A stretch of DNA of 35,613 nt from Candidatus Parvarchaeota archaeon (GTDB taxonomy: Archaea > Nanobdellota > Nanobdellia > JAFCGN01 > DAOVEB01): NCBI GenBank assembly GCA_030669205.1, contig DAOVEB010000001.1:1-35613 (forward strand), in the 5' to 3' direction. Below, piece after piece: positions 1 through 8,193 of this stretch. The notes under the pieces are model-generated. The model saw only the letters and a list, made by a program, of their open reading frames with translations, had not been told where the DNA came from and searched no databases. The translations under genes and the position numbers were made by a program. How positions within the stretch are numbered: the stretch's first letter is position 1; every line of letters starts with the position of its first letter.

Positions 1-1
1 G

Positions 2-304
2 GGTTTCATAGACATCTTTGAGGAGAGGCCTCTTGGAGTCCTGAGTCAGGATGAGATGAGGTTCTATGAGAAGATAGCGAGGGCGCATGGATTTGTACTT
101 CCCGGTTTCCGGCGCGTGAAACTCTGCATAAAAAACCTTGAGACGCTCGGCTTTCTCATCAACAGGAAAAGGTATGAGAAGGGTGAGATATATACAGTCC
201 ATCCACGGATAGTTGCTGCTCTGAAAAAAGAGCAAAACAACAAGATTTTTAACAATGCCTCTAAAGGTGATTCGCATGGGCAAAAAGAGGAAAAAAAAGC
301 CTAA
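2..304 (+). CDS. Hypothetical protein, 3' fragment open to the window edge; possible winged-helix-like C-terminal domain with a Lys-rich tail
   Basis: Frame 2 is open from nt 2 (GFIDIFEERPLGVLSQDEMRFYEK...) to TAA at 302-304. No catalytic motif recognised. The fold guess rests only on the residue pattern. Confidence 0.4.
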   Translation, partial: GFIDIFEERPLGVLSQDEMRFYEKIARAHGFVLPGFRRVKLCIKNLETLGFLINRKRYEKGEIYTVHPRIVAALKKEQNNKIFNNASKGDSHGQKEEKKA

Positions 305-521
305 GTACTGGTTCAACAAACCAGTATTTTACAACACACAGTTCCTGATTGTGGTTTATGTACTGTGCATGATACTATCCTGGTCCGTCCTTTTTACACT
401 GCCTATGAACTGTGAAACAGTGAATCAGACGAGCTTCTTCGCAGAAGGGGGGGAGAGTTATATGGTGCAGAGCTGTACAAGCATCATGGGAAACGCTGTG
501 CGGGTGGTGTATTTCAAATGA
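276..521 (+). CDS. Small single-pass membrane protein (81 aa), hypothetical
   Basis: Basic N-terminus MGKKRKKKPKYW, then TM helix FLIVVYVLCMILSWSVLFTL. TATA-like TTTTTAAC at 246-253 lies about 26 nt upstream of ATG 276. The stop overlaps the uppS start (ATGA at 518-521). The track ORF begins at 255; the start choice is uncertain. Confidence 0.4.
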   Translation: MGKKRKKKPKYWFNKPVFYNTQFLIVVYVLCMILSWSVLFTLPMNCETVNQTSFFAEGGESYMVQSCTSIMGNAVRVVYFK

Positions 522-1156
522 TTCATATTGCCCTGATACCTGATGGTAACCGCAGGTTTGCAGAGAAAGCTGGAAAACCCGTGTTCTGGGGCCACGCGAT
601 GGGCATCGCCAAGATGCATAAGTTCATAGACTGGGTTCTGGAGAACGATGAGATAGATATGGTGTCCACATACGCCCTGTCCCATGAGAACCTCTCTAGA
701 CCAGAGGAGGAGAAGGAAAAACTATGGGACTACTACAAGGAGGAGTTTTTCGGGCTCAAAACAGACCAGAGGATAATCAACAACAAGGTGAAAGTAAGGG
801 TAGTGGGAGACTCAAGTTTGTGGAGGGAAGATGTGAGGAAGGCTGCAGAAGAACTGGTGGAAGCCACATCAGGTTTCTCCAACAAGACGTTCAACATACT
901 CCTCGTGTACTCAGGAAGAGACGAGGTTGAGGAAGCAATGAAAAAGGGTGGATTATCCGAGAACCTCATGGTACTCAGATCAGTCGACCTCATAATCAGG
1001 ACGGGTGGGGAAAAAAGGCTCTCGGGTATGCTGCCGCTGCAGAGCGCGTATGCAGAGATATACTTCTCTGACTCGTTTTTTCCCGCGTTCACACGAGAGG
1101 AGTTCGAAAGTATAATAAAGTGGTTCAGCGAGAGAAAGAGAAAGTTTGGAAGGTGA
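518..1156 (+). CDS. uppS: cis-prenyltransferase (undecaprenyl/dehydrodolichyl diphosphate synthase family)
   Basis: Motifs IPDGNRRFA, ALSHENLSRP and DLIIRTGGEKRLSGMLPLQSAYAEIYF match the UppS family signature. Length is 212 aa. Confidence 0.92.
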   Translation: MIHIALIPDGNRRFAEKAGKPVFWGHAMGIAKMHKFIDWVLENDEIDMVSTYALSHENLSRPEEEKEKLWDYYKEEFFGLKTDQRIINNKVKVRVVGDSSLWREDVRKAAEELVEATSGFSNKTFNILLVYSGRDEVEEAMKKGGLSENLMVLRSVDLIIRTGGEKRLSGMLPLQSAYAEIYFSDSFFPAFTREEFESIIKWFSERKRKFGR

Positions 1157-1160
1157 TACA

Positions 1161-1253
1161 ATGCCAAAGGGAAAAAGAAAGCGGAAAACCCACTCAAAGA
1201 TAAGATGTAAAAGGAAGAGTAAGTTCTCTGAAAGCAAGAAGAAGGGACGCTAA
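1161..1253 (+). CDS. Possible 30-aa hyper-basic micro-ORF (MPKGKRKRKTHSKIRCKRKSKFSESKKKGR)
   Basis: ATG lies 4 nt after the uppS stop and TAA is at 1251-1253. About half of the residues are K/R. It is below the ORF-track length cutoff and I recognise no homology. Confidence 0.22.
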   Translation: MPKGKRKRKTHSKIRCKRKSKFSESKKKGR

Positions 1254-1435
1254 ACCTCGCGAAGCAGCGGCTCTATCTCGGTCATGGCGTTGATGGGCTG
1301 GCCGTGGAACCTTGCCAATCTGGACAGGAGCTGTGAGTGCTCGGTGACCAGCCAACTGTACTCAACAAGTGAAATCTTGTCGGTTCGCATGAGGTGTGCT
1401 AAGACCTGTTTTCCTGTGAGTTCGTCCTCGCTCAT
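1250..1435 (-). CDS. Small hypothetical protein (61 aa, MSEDELTGKQVLAHLMRTDK...)
   Basis: This is the internal ATG of the 125-aa track ORF. It sits about 25 nt downstream of one arm of a symmetric TATA-containing inverted repeat. The longer version would collide with the divergent DUF123 gene. Confidence 0.45.
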   Translation of the reverse strand: MSEDELTGKQVLAHLMRTDKISLVEYSWLVTEHSQLLSRLARFHGQPINAMTEIEPLLREV

Positions 1436-1454
1436 CCTACTGGTAAGGCTGCGA

Positions 1455-1495
1455 CCAAATAAAAGGTTTGTGGGAACCAAATTGCTTTTATTTGG
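1455..1495. promoter_or_regulatory. Symmetric divergent promoter: perfect 11-bp inverted repeat CCAAATAAAAG / CTTTTATTTGG, each arm carrying a TATA-like box
   Basis: Arms at 1455-1465 and 1485-1495 are exact reverse complements. Each lies about 20-30 nt upstream of an ATG (1435 on minus, 1515 on plus). Confidence 0.5.
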
Positions 1496-1514
1496 AGGTT
1501 GTGACAGGTGGTTT

Positions 1515-1994
1515 ATGGGAAAAACCAAGAACGTGCAGAAGATACTGGCGTCCAGGATGAGGAAGAAGACAAAGTGGAGGAGGCCCGGCACATACTCACT
1601 CATTGTCAAGGTTGAGGATGAGTTCACCGCAGAGGTGGGTGCTCTTGGTGAGATTCGATTCGCGTCGGGTTACTACGTCTACACGGGAAGCGCGATGAAC
1701 GACGTGGAGTCAAGAATCAGATACCACCGCAAGAACAAGGATAAGCTCTACTACCACATAGACTACCTGCTGCACCACGCCAAACTATCAAACGTCCTAG
1801 TCCATAAGTCCAGGAGAAGGCTGGAGTGTAAGATAAATGGTGATATTATGGGGCTCAGGAACGCGACCCCAGTCAAAGGCTTCGGCTCAAGCGACTGCAG
1901 GTGTCCATGCCACTTGGTGTACTTCAAGAAAAATCCAATCAGAAAACTAAGGAGAATGTACCTCGGGCTGAGAGGAGAAACTATAAAAAGATGA
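1515..1994 (+). CDS. DUF123-type GIY-YIG superfamily nuclease-like protein
   Basis: GTYSLIVKV..., GYYVYTGSA, RIRYHRK and YHIDYLL, followed by a Cys cluster (SSDCRCPCH), fit the archaeal DUF123 pattern. The start was moved to the internal ATG at 1515 using promoter geometry. Confidence 0.75.
   Translation: MGKTKNVQKILASRMRKKTKWRRPGTYSLIVKVEDEFTAEVGALGEIRFASGYYVYTGSAMNDVESRIRYHRKNKDKLYYHIDYLLHHAKLSNVLVHKSRRRLECKINGDIMGLRNATPVKGFGSSDCRCPCHLVYFKKNPIRKLRRMYLGLRGETIKR
1982..1989 (+). promoter_or_regulatory. TATA box (TATAAAAA) for the downstream surface-protein/ABC operon, embedded in the 3' end of the DUF123 gene
   Basis: About 29 nt upstream of ATG 2014. Confidence 0.45.
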
Positions 1995-2013
1995 TGGAAT
2001 TGTGTTGAATCAC

Positions 2014-3108
2014 ATGAAAACCACTGGCATAAAAAAATTAACTCCACTTCTCTTACTATTCCTTTTAGGGGGCGCAGAAGCAGTGCTCTCCATATCTCCA
2101 TCTGTCAGTCCAGCCTCAATATACCCGAACTACGATGGCATAATCACCCTGACAATAGGTAGCACGACCCTGCAGAACGACGTCAGGGTAAATGTCCAGA
2201 GCAGTGAACTAACACTTGACAGGAGCACTTCGAACCTTGGCCAAATCCAGGAGAACGGGCAGCGCTCAGCCACGTTCAAGTTCACAGCTCCCTCCACAGC
2301 AGGGTTCTACACAGTGAACTTTGAAATTTCTTATGGGACCCAGAAAACATATCAGACAGTCGCGATTAACGTGATTGGCCAGCCCGAGTTTTCAATCACA
2401 GACAAGTCGCCGCAGACCATCTACTCTGGTCAGGAAAACAACCTGAACATCACTGTTGAGAATACGGGTTACAAGGACGTCACAAATGTGATATTCGAAC
2501 TTGTTGTGCCAGAGCACTTCTCCGTCCTGAGCACAAACAGAAAATCCTTTGACACGCTGAACGTAGGAGACGAACAAATATTGGATTTCAACATATTCAT
2601 TGACAGGGACGCAGTTCCTGGAACCTACGAGTTCACCTTCAACACCATCTACCCTGGAGGCACGGATACGCAGACTTTTCACATACCTGTAATAGGAGTC
2701 CCAAATCTGGAGATAGCCGGGGTCACATTTGACCCAGAGAGTGTCAAGGCAAACCAAGCTTTGACAATAGCTGTACGATTCGAAAATACAGGCACAGCAG
2801 AAGCAAAGAGCGTGAAGGTTTCTATGAACAACCCAACAATCATCGGGCAAAAAGAGGACTACTTGGGTTCAATGGACATAGACGACACTAGTTCTGCTGT
2901 CTTTGACATATACAGCCAGGCGCTGGCAGGAGAATACACTCTGAATATGGAGGTAAGATTCATGGACGAGTATGGCAACTCCTACTCGGATTTGTTCGCA
3001 GTTACTTTGCCTGTTTTAGCTGGGCAGACGGATGTAACAGAATATCTCTACCTCGTCATAGTTGTTCTTGTCATTCTGCTTGCCCACACATGGAGAAAGA
3101 AGAAGTAG
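2014..3108 (+). CDS. Secreted, C-terminally membrane-anchored surface protein with CARDB/COG1361-like beta-sandwich repeats
   Basis: Signal peptide MKTTGIKKLTPLLLLFLLGGAEA. Repeated 'L..NITVENTGYKDV' and 'LTIAVRFENTGTAEAKSV' modules. C-terminal TM helix YLYLVIVVLVILLAH followed by WRKKK. It lies upstream of an FtsX permease and ATPase. Confidence 0.75.
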   Translation: MKTTGIKKLTPLLLLFLLGGAEAVLSISPSVSPASIYPNYDGIITLTIGSTTLQNDVRVNVQSSELTLDRSTSNLGQIQENGQRSATFKFTAPSTAGFYTVNFEISYGTQKTYQTVAINVIGQPEFSITDKSPQTIYSGQENNLNITVENTGYKDVTNVIFELVVPEHFSVLSTNRKSFDTLNVGDEQILDFNIFIDRDAVPGTYEFTFNTIYPGGTDTQTFHIPVIGVPNLEIAGVTFDPESVKANQALTIAVRFENTGTAEAKSVKVSMNNPTIIGQKEDYLGSMDIDDTSSAVFDIYSQALAGEYTLNMEVRFMDEYGNSYSDLFAVTLPVLAGQTDVTEYLYLVIVVLVILLAHTWRKKK

Positions 3109-3186
3109 GGTTTGAAGAGATGATTTTTAGACCATAATCATACTTGGTGAAACAATTATAAACCGACCATTGATAAGAAAACGAAT

Positions 3187-4326
3187 ATGTTAAAGATAGT
3201 TTTCAATAACATGATGAGGAGAAAACTCAGGACAGCCTTGGCAACGCTCGGAATCGTTCTTGGTGTCACTGTCCTGGTCTCCATTGTCTCAATATCAACA
3301 GGTATGACGCAGCAGTCATTAGACGCACTTGGCAAGTTGCAAGGGATACAGGTGATAAAAAAAGGTTCAATGGATCCAGTCATGAGCAGCATCCCAATAG
3401 AGTACGCGGATGAGATAAAAAGTATGACAGGTGTCCAAGCTGTTTCCAAACAGGTATGGGTGTGGGCGACCTCCATCGAAGGTCCCTCTGAAGGTTTCAG
3501 CCTTTCGAGCTTCTTCACAGCAGTGCTTGGGGTAGAACCCTCAGAGATGGGTCTCATCAAATCATCATATAGTGCCTCGCTCATAAAGGGGCGCCAGTTG
3601 GAGGCAGGAGACAGGTATGTCACTGTTGTAGGGAAGGACGTGGCAGACGAGCATAATAAGAGAGTTGGGAGTAACATCGAAATCAATGGTGTGGATTTCA
3701 AGATAGTTGGCATATTCCATGCTGGCTCGCGCTTCATCGACTCTCAGATGGTAATTCCAATAGACATCGCCAGGGAGATATCAGGATTCCCTAATGATAG
3801 GATATCGATGGCACAGGTCGAGCCAGAGAACCCAGAAGATGCGCAGAAATTAGCAAGGAAGATAGAGTTGAGAATGGATGACGTTGACGCCAAGACGCAG
3901 CAGGAGTTCTCCGAGGACATTGGCGAACTACTGGGAACAATGAAAACAGTACAGTGGCTTTTCTCCAGCATAGCTGCCATAGTTGGTGGAATAGGTGTGA
4001 TGAACACAATGATAATGAGTGTTATGGAGAGGACTAAAGAGTTTGGAATGATGAAAGCGGTTGGGTGGACAAACAGGGATGTAATGAAGAACGTGCTGCT
4101 TGAATCCATAGTGATAGGCACGATTGGTGGAGTCATCGGCCTGTTGCTAGGTTTCATAGGCTCAATGGCAATAAACACAATGATAGGGGGATTGGCAATG
4201 GTCACAGTAGAGCTCGCAATGGAATCGTTTATCTTCGCAGTTGCGCTTGGGGCTCTTGGAGGGTTGTATCCGGCTTATCGGGCGTCGAAACTCAATCCAA
4301 TAGAAGCGCTGAGGTATGAGGGATGA
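3187..4326 (+). CDS. ABC transporter permease, MacB/FtsX family
   Basis: N-terminal TM helix (RRKLRTALATLGIVLGVTVLV), a large extracytoplasmic domain, and a C-terminal FtsX-type three-TM bundle ending in YPAYRASKLNPIEALRYE. Confidence 0.9.
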   Translation: MLKIVFNNMMRRKLRTALATLGIVLGVTVLVSIVSISTGMTQQSLDALGKLQGIQVIKKGSMDPVMSSIPIEYADEIKSMTGVQAVSKQVWVWATSIEGPSEGFSLSSFFTAVLGVEPSEMGLIKSSYSASLIKGRQLEAGDRYVTVVGKDVADEHNKRVGSNIEINGVDFKIVGIFHAGSRFIDSQMVIPIDIAREISGFPNDRISMAQVEPENPEDAQKLARKIELRMDDVDAKTQQEFSEDIGELLGTMKTVQWLFSSIAAIVGGIGVMNTMIMSVMERTKEFGMMKAVGWTNRDVMKNVLLESIVIGTIGGVIGLLLGFIGSMAINTMIGGLAMVTVELAMESFIFAVALGALGGLYPAYRASKLNPIEALRYEG

Positions 4327-4991
4327 TAGAGGTAAAGCACGTCTGGAAGAAGTACAACCCGGGCATGAAAAATGAGGTGGTTGCGCTAAAAGATATAAGC
4401 CTGAATATCGAAAGGGGTGAATTTGTATTCATCTCCGGACCATCGGGCTGTGGAAAATCCACACTCATGCATATAATAGGGTGTCTGGACAATCCGACGA
4501 GAGGGGAGGTCTACATGGATGATGTCAAGGTCTCATCCCTGAATGATGGGGAGCTCTCAAAAATCAGGAGAGATAAAATTGGATTCGTCTTCCAAGCCTT
4601 CAACCTCATCCCATCCCTAAACGCAATGGAGAACGTGATGCTTCCGATGATACTGGTTGCGACAAACAAGGAGGAACTCAGGAACCAGGCAAAGACACTT
4701 CTGGAAGCAGTCGGACTCGGACACAGATTGAAGCACAAGCCGAACCAGCTTTCAGGTGGTGAACAACAACGGGTGACAATAGCGCGCGCAATGCTCAACG
4801 ATCCAGAGGTCATACTCGCGGACGAGCCAACTGGCGAACTCGACTCCAAGACAGGCGAGGGAATACTCAAGCTCCTAAAAAAGGTCAACAAGGAGAGGGG
4901 AACAACAGTTGTAGCAGTGTCCCACAACATGCTCACAAAAAAGTACTGCGACAGGCACCTGAAGCTCAAGGACGGGAAGATAGTGCGCTAA
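4323..4991 (+). CDS. ABC transporter ATP-binding protein (MacB/LolD-like)
   Basis: Walker A GPSGCGKST, Q-loop, signature LSGGEQQRV, Walker B ILADEPTGELD, H-loop VSHN. ATGA overlap with the permease gene. Confidence 0.95.
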   Translation: MIEVKHVWKKYNPGMKNEVVALKDISLNIERGEFVFISGPSGCGKSTLMHIIGCLDNPTRGEVYMDDVKVSSLNDGELSKIRRDKIGFVFQAFNLIPSLNAMENVMLPMILVATNKEELRNQAKTLLEAVGLGHRLKHKPNQLSGGEQQRVTIARAMLNDPEVILADEPTGELDSKTGEGILKLLKKVNKERGTTVVAVSHNMLTKKYCDRHLKLKDGKIVR

Positions 4992-6043
4992 GGAAAGTAC
5001 TTTTCCAACTTCTTCTTCATAATGTCCAGTTTGAGTGTCTTGTCAGTTTTTGACATCGATTCACCCTGTTCGGCTGCACTCAAACTGGCCCGGATTGCGT
5101 CTATGTTCTCCGGCACTGCATCCGACTCCTGATGCACATAGTACATGAGCATTATCTTGTTTCCCTTTGTTTTTATGGTGTCCTTGAGCAACACTATGTT
5201 CATTATGTCGTTCCTCGGCACGATGTCCAGGTCCCTTGCCATCTCAATGATAACTGACGTGGAGGGTGGTTTTCCCCTGTAGTTTCCAACCAACGCCAGG
5301 CGCGTCTCCTTCGCGAGCTTGTCCGTGACTGTGCCAGAGTCCGGTTTATCCTCTGTCTCCACAATCATCGCATGCTGGTGCATGGCTGTCATTGGAACCT
5401 TTCCACCAAAAGAGACTATGTCCACACCGGGCATTATGGTCTGAACATCTGGCGCGTGATGGGATGGCAGGCTGGTTGGCACATACGAGTTTATCGGACC
5501 TCTGCCGTCCTCTTTTGGGTCCGCTGCGCGCCTCGCAAGTATGACAAAAACCTCACTGAGCTTGTGAATCTCTGTAAGCGGCTTTAGGACCCTTATTATC
5601 CCTGTTGTGTTGCATGAGACCACGCGGAGTGATTCCTTTCCAACTGCACTGTCATAGTTTGCCCTGGCGTTGAACGACATACCGATATCAGCCTTTTCCC
5701 CCCCTTCAAATATCATGTGGAACTTCTGGCCTTTGTAGATCTTCTCTTTGTTGATTGCACCAACCTTACCAGGCGACGTGTCAACGATGATGTCAATGTC
5801 GCCGAATATCTCTGGCAAAGGCTTCGCCTTTATGCCAAAATCGGCGAACCTCTTCTGGGAAGCTGCGAAATCAAAGTTCTTGTCTGCGCAGAACATGTCA
5901 TACCCCATACCAACAGCCTTCCGCGCGTTGGCATCTGGCGACGTCTTGGCAACGCCAATGAGTCTCATGTCGTTCTGTTGGGAAACGGCCCATGCAACCC
6001 TCTTCCCTATCGCACCAAAGCCGTTAACTCCGACTGAAATCAT
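4988..6043 (-). CDS. gap: Glyceraldehyde-3-phosphate dehydrogenase, archaeal type II
   Basis: N-terminal Rossmann motif VGVNGFGAIGKRVAWAV and catalytic VVSCNTTG. The 351-aa length is typical of archaeal GAPDH. Confidence 0.9.
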   Translation of the reverse strand: MISVGVNGFGAIGKRVAWAVSQQNDMRLIGVAKTSPDANARKAVGMGYDMFCADKNFDFAASQKRFADFGIKAKPLPEIFGDIDIIVDTSPGKVGAINKEKIYKGQKFHMIFEGGEKADIGMSFNARANYDSAVGKESLRVVSCNTTGIIRVLKPLTEIHKLSEVFVILARRAADPKEDGRGPINSYVPTSLPSHHAPDVQTIMPGVDIVSFGGKVPMTAMHQHAMIVETEDKPDSGTVTDKLAKETRLALVGNYRGKPPSTSVIIEMARDLDIVPRNDIMNIVLLKDTIKTKGNKIMLMYYVHQESDAVPENIDAIRASLSAAEQGESMSKTDKTLKLDIMKKKLEKYFP

Positions 6044-6065
6044 AGGAGTCCTCTAAGAAGAGAAA

Positions 6066-6108
6066 GGTATAAATAGTTTATGATTCCGTATTACCATATA
6101 TTATAAAA
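6066..6108. promoter_or_regulatory. Back-to-back TATA boxes for divergent gap and pgk
   Basis: TATAAA at 6068-6073 reads TTTATA on the minus strand and lies about 27 nt from gap ATG 6043. TTATAAAA at 6101-6108 lies about 24 nt from pgk ATG 6128. The spacer is AT-rich. Confidence 0.5.
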
Positions 6109-6127
6109 TATTATTATGTGCTTGTAA

Positions 6128-7444
6128 ATGAAAAAAGCTGATTTTTCAAACAAAACAGTTCTCATGCGGGTAGACTGGAATCTCTCCTTGAACGGCGAGG
6201 AGGTCTCCCACAGCGACATAAGCGACGTGTCCAAGATCATGAAGAGCGTGACCACTATCCAGCACCTGTTCAAGCACGGTGCCAGAACAGTCCACATGAT
6301 AACCCATCAGGGTAGGCCAGGTTCCAGAGGATTCACGTCAACAAAGTTCCACGCAGACGTGCTCTCAAGGGCGCTGAAACCGTACAACATACGTGTAGAA
6401 TACGCCGGCGACTTCACAGAAGAGTTGAAGAATCTGGAACTGTGTCTGAAGAACCAGCGCGAAGGCCATGTTTATGTCTGGGACAACATAAGGAAACTGG
6501 CATACGAGAGCGAGGCGTTCAAGGATGTGGACCTGCTTGACCATGACACTGAAAAGGTCAGGTCCCTGGTTAACGCTCGGATGAAGGAAATCCCACTTGT
6601 CAAAGTGATAACCGAGCGCTGCAGACCTGAAGACACAGTCTACATAAATGACGCCTTTGCCACACATCACAGGGTGAGCCATCTCAGCATAGGCCCGCTT
6701 GGCATGTTCCTGAGAGACAACGGTTATGACTTTTTCTACGGGCCGACGTTCAACGACGAGCTGGCAAAGGTGAATCTGCTGAAAAGAGAGATGAACAGCA
6801 GCGAGACAAACTTCTTCTTTGGCGGAGCCAAGATAAAGGACTATGTCAAACTCATACCGAATCTCCTGAACAGCTATCCAGACTCCAACGTGTTCGCGTC
6901 AGGACCACTGGCGCTGGCACTTCTGAAGTTCGGTGAGGGTAGGGACATCGGGGACAGAAACCTTGACCTGATAGAGGAGGTGCATGGAAACGGCCTTGGA
7001 AAGGAGCTTGGACGGATTTATAAAAAACACAAGAACAGGATACATCTGCCGTCGAGCTTTATGGTGGTTGAAGGCAAGGTTGTAAGCGGTGAGGAAGTAG
7101 AGGTGGACATCGATTCGCTAAGTAACGCATTTGTGGTTGACATCGGCAACAAAACCATAAAGGACTATGAAGAAATCCTCAGGAGAAGGCATAGCTCAGT
7201 GAATCTGATAAACGGGGGCTGTGGCTTCCACGAAGGCGGGTTTGTAGACGGCACACTGAAGATATTTGAGCATACAAGGGACAACGGCTCATTTGTGGTT
7301 GTCATAGGCGGAGATGCAAACCTGACATGGAGCAACCATGCTGTGGACATAGATGAACCTGACATCAGGTCAATGGCGGGCAAGGCGTTCCTCAACGCCA
7401 TAGTGCATGACGAGATACCACTAAAAAGGTTCATGGAAACGTAG
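6128..7444 (+). CDS. pgk: Phosphoglycerate kinase (divergent)
   Basis: FSNKTVLMRVDWN, THQGRP, NDAFATHHR, GGAKIKD, DIGNKTIKDYEEIL and VIGGDA line up with archaeal PGK landmarks. Confidence 0.85.
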   Translation: MKKADFSNKTVLMRVDWNLSLNGEEVSHSDISDVSKIMKSVTTIQHLFKHGARTVHMITHQGRPGSRGFTSTKFHADVLSRALKPYNIRVEYAGDFTEELKNLELCLKNQREGHVYVWDNIRKLAYESEAFKDVDLLDHDTEKVRSLVNARMKEIPLVKVITERCRPEDTVYINDAFATHHRVSHLSIGPLGMFLRDNGYDFFYGPTFNDELAKVNLLKREMNSSETNFFFGGAKIKDYVKLIPNLLNSYPDSNVFASGPLALALLKFGEGRDIGDRNLDLIEEVHGNGLGKELGRIYKKHKNRIHLPSSFMVVEGKVVSGEEVEVDIDSLSNAFVVDIGNKTIKDYEEILRRRHSSVNLINGGCGFHEGGFVDGTLKIFEHTRDNGSFVVVIGGDANLTWSNHAVDIDEPDIRSMAGKAFLNAIVHDEIPLKRFMET

Positions 7445-7446
7445 AA

Positions 7447-8193
7447 CTACGTTATTCTGTTGAAGAAGCACGCCCCTATTGCGAGCATTGTCAAGCAGAA
7501 TACTGATAGAACTCCAAGACTCAGCGCAAGCGGATAGGTCGAAACTCCAAGCAAGACGCTTCTCATCCCATCAACCGCGTACGTTAGCGGGTCGATTGAG
7601 ACAAAGAACATTAGAGGTGCTGGAAGATTTTCTATTGGGAAGAACGCTCCGCTCAGCATGAACATTGGCATGACGAGGAAGTTCATTATAAGCTGGAAGC
7701 CATGCGGGTCATCCATTTTGGAGGCAATCGCGAGACCCATCGAAACAAAGGTAACAGAAGTTATTACCATGATAACCAAGGCTATCGTAAGTCCAAAGAT
7801 GGAAAACGGGACCATGCCAAAGGCTGTGACTACAAACAATACCAGAAGTCCTTGGAGTATCGACGTTGTCGCACCCCCCAACGCCTTACCTAACATAATA
7901 GACAGGCGTGACACGGGCGCAACAAGTATCTCCTTCAAGAAACCAAACTGTTTGTCCCAGAGAACAGAGACACCTGCAAAGATCGATGAGAACATTATAG
8001 TCATACAAACTATTCCGGGGGCCATGAAAGTTGTGTAGCTGGTGCCTGAAATCTCAACTATGTTGTTCAGTCCAAAACCCACTATAGCCAAAAAGAAGAA
8101 AGATTGTGCCAGTATACCCACAATGCGCGACTTCGCACGCCAGAACCGCTTCAGCTCCCTCAACCAGAGTGTATATATAGCCTGGAAAGTCAT
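7447..8193 (-). CDS. ABC-2 type transporter permease
   Basis: N-terminus YTLWLRELKRFWRAKSRIVG followed by six predicted TM helices. ATGA overlap with the upstream ATPase gene. Confidence 0.85.
   Translation of the reverse strand: MTFQAIYTLWLRELKRFWRAKSRIVGILAQSFFFLAIVGFGLNNIVEISGTSYTTFMAPGIVCMTIMFSSIFAGVSVLWDKQFGFLKEILVAPVSRLSIMLGKALGGATTSILQGLLVLFVVTAFGMVPFSIFGLTIALVIMVITSVTFVSMGLAIASKMDDPHGFQLIMNFLVMPMFMLSGAFFPIENLPAPLMFFVSIDPLTYAVDGMRSVLLGVSTYPLALSLGVLSVFCLTMLAIGACFFNRIT

Noticed and set aside
1284-1627. Long versions of the two mutually overlapping ORFs, 1284-1994 (+) and 1250-1627 (-).
   Set aside because: The extended N-termini overlap each other and look non-protein-like (Cys/Ser/Leu-rich). 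Internal ATGs at 1515 and 1435 sit at TATA distance from the symmetric repeat, and the recognisable DUF123 motifs begin after residue 100 of the long ORF.
3156-4205. Antisense ORFs 3156-3737 (-) and 3744-4205 (-) opposite the FtsX permease gene.
   Set aside because: The sense strand encodes a clear MacB/FtsX permease. The antisense products have no motifs and are typical shadow ORFs.
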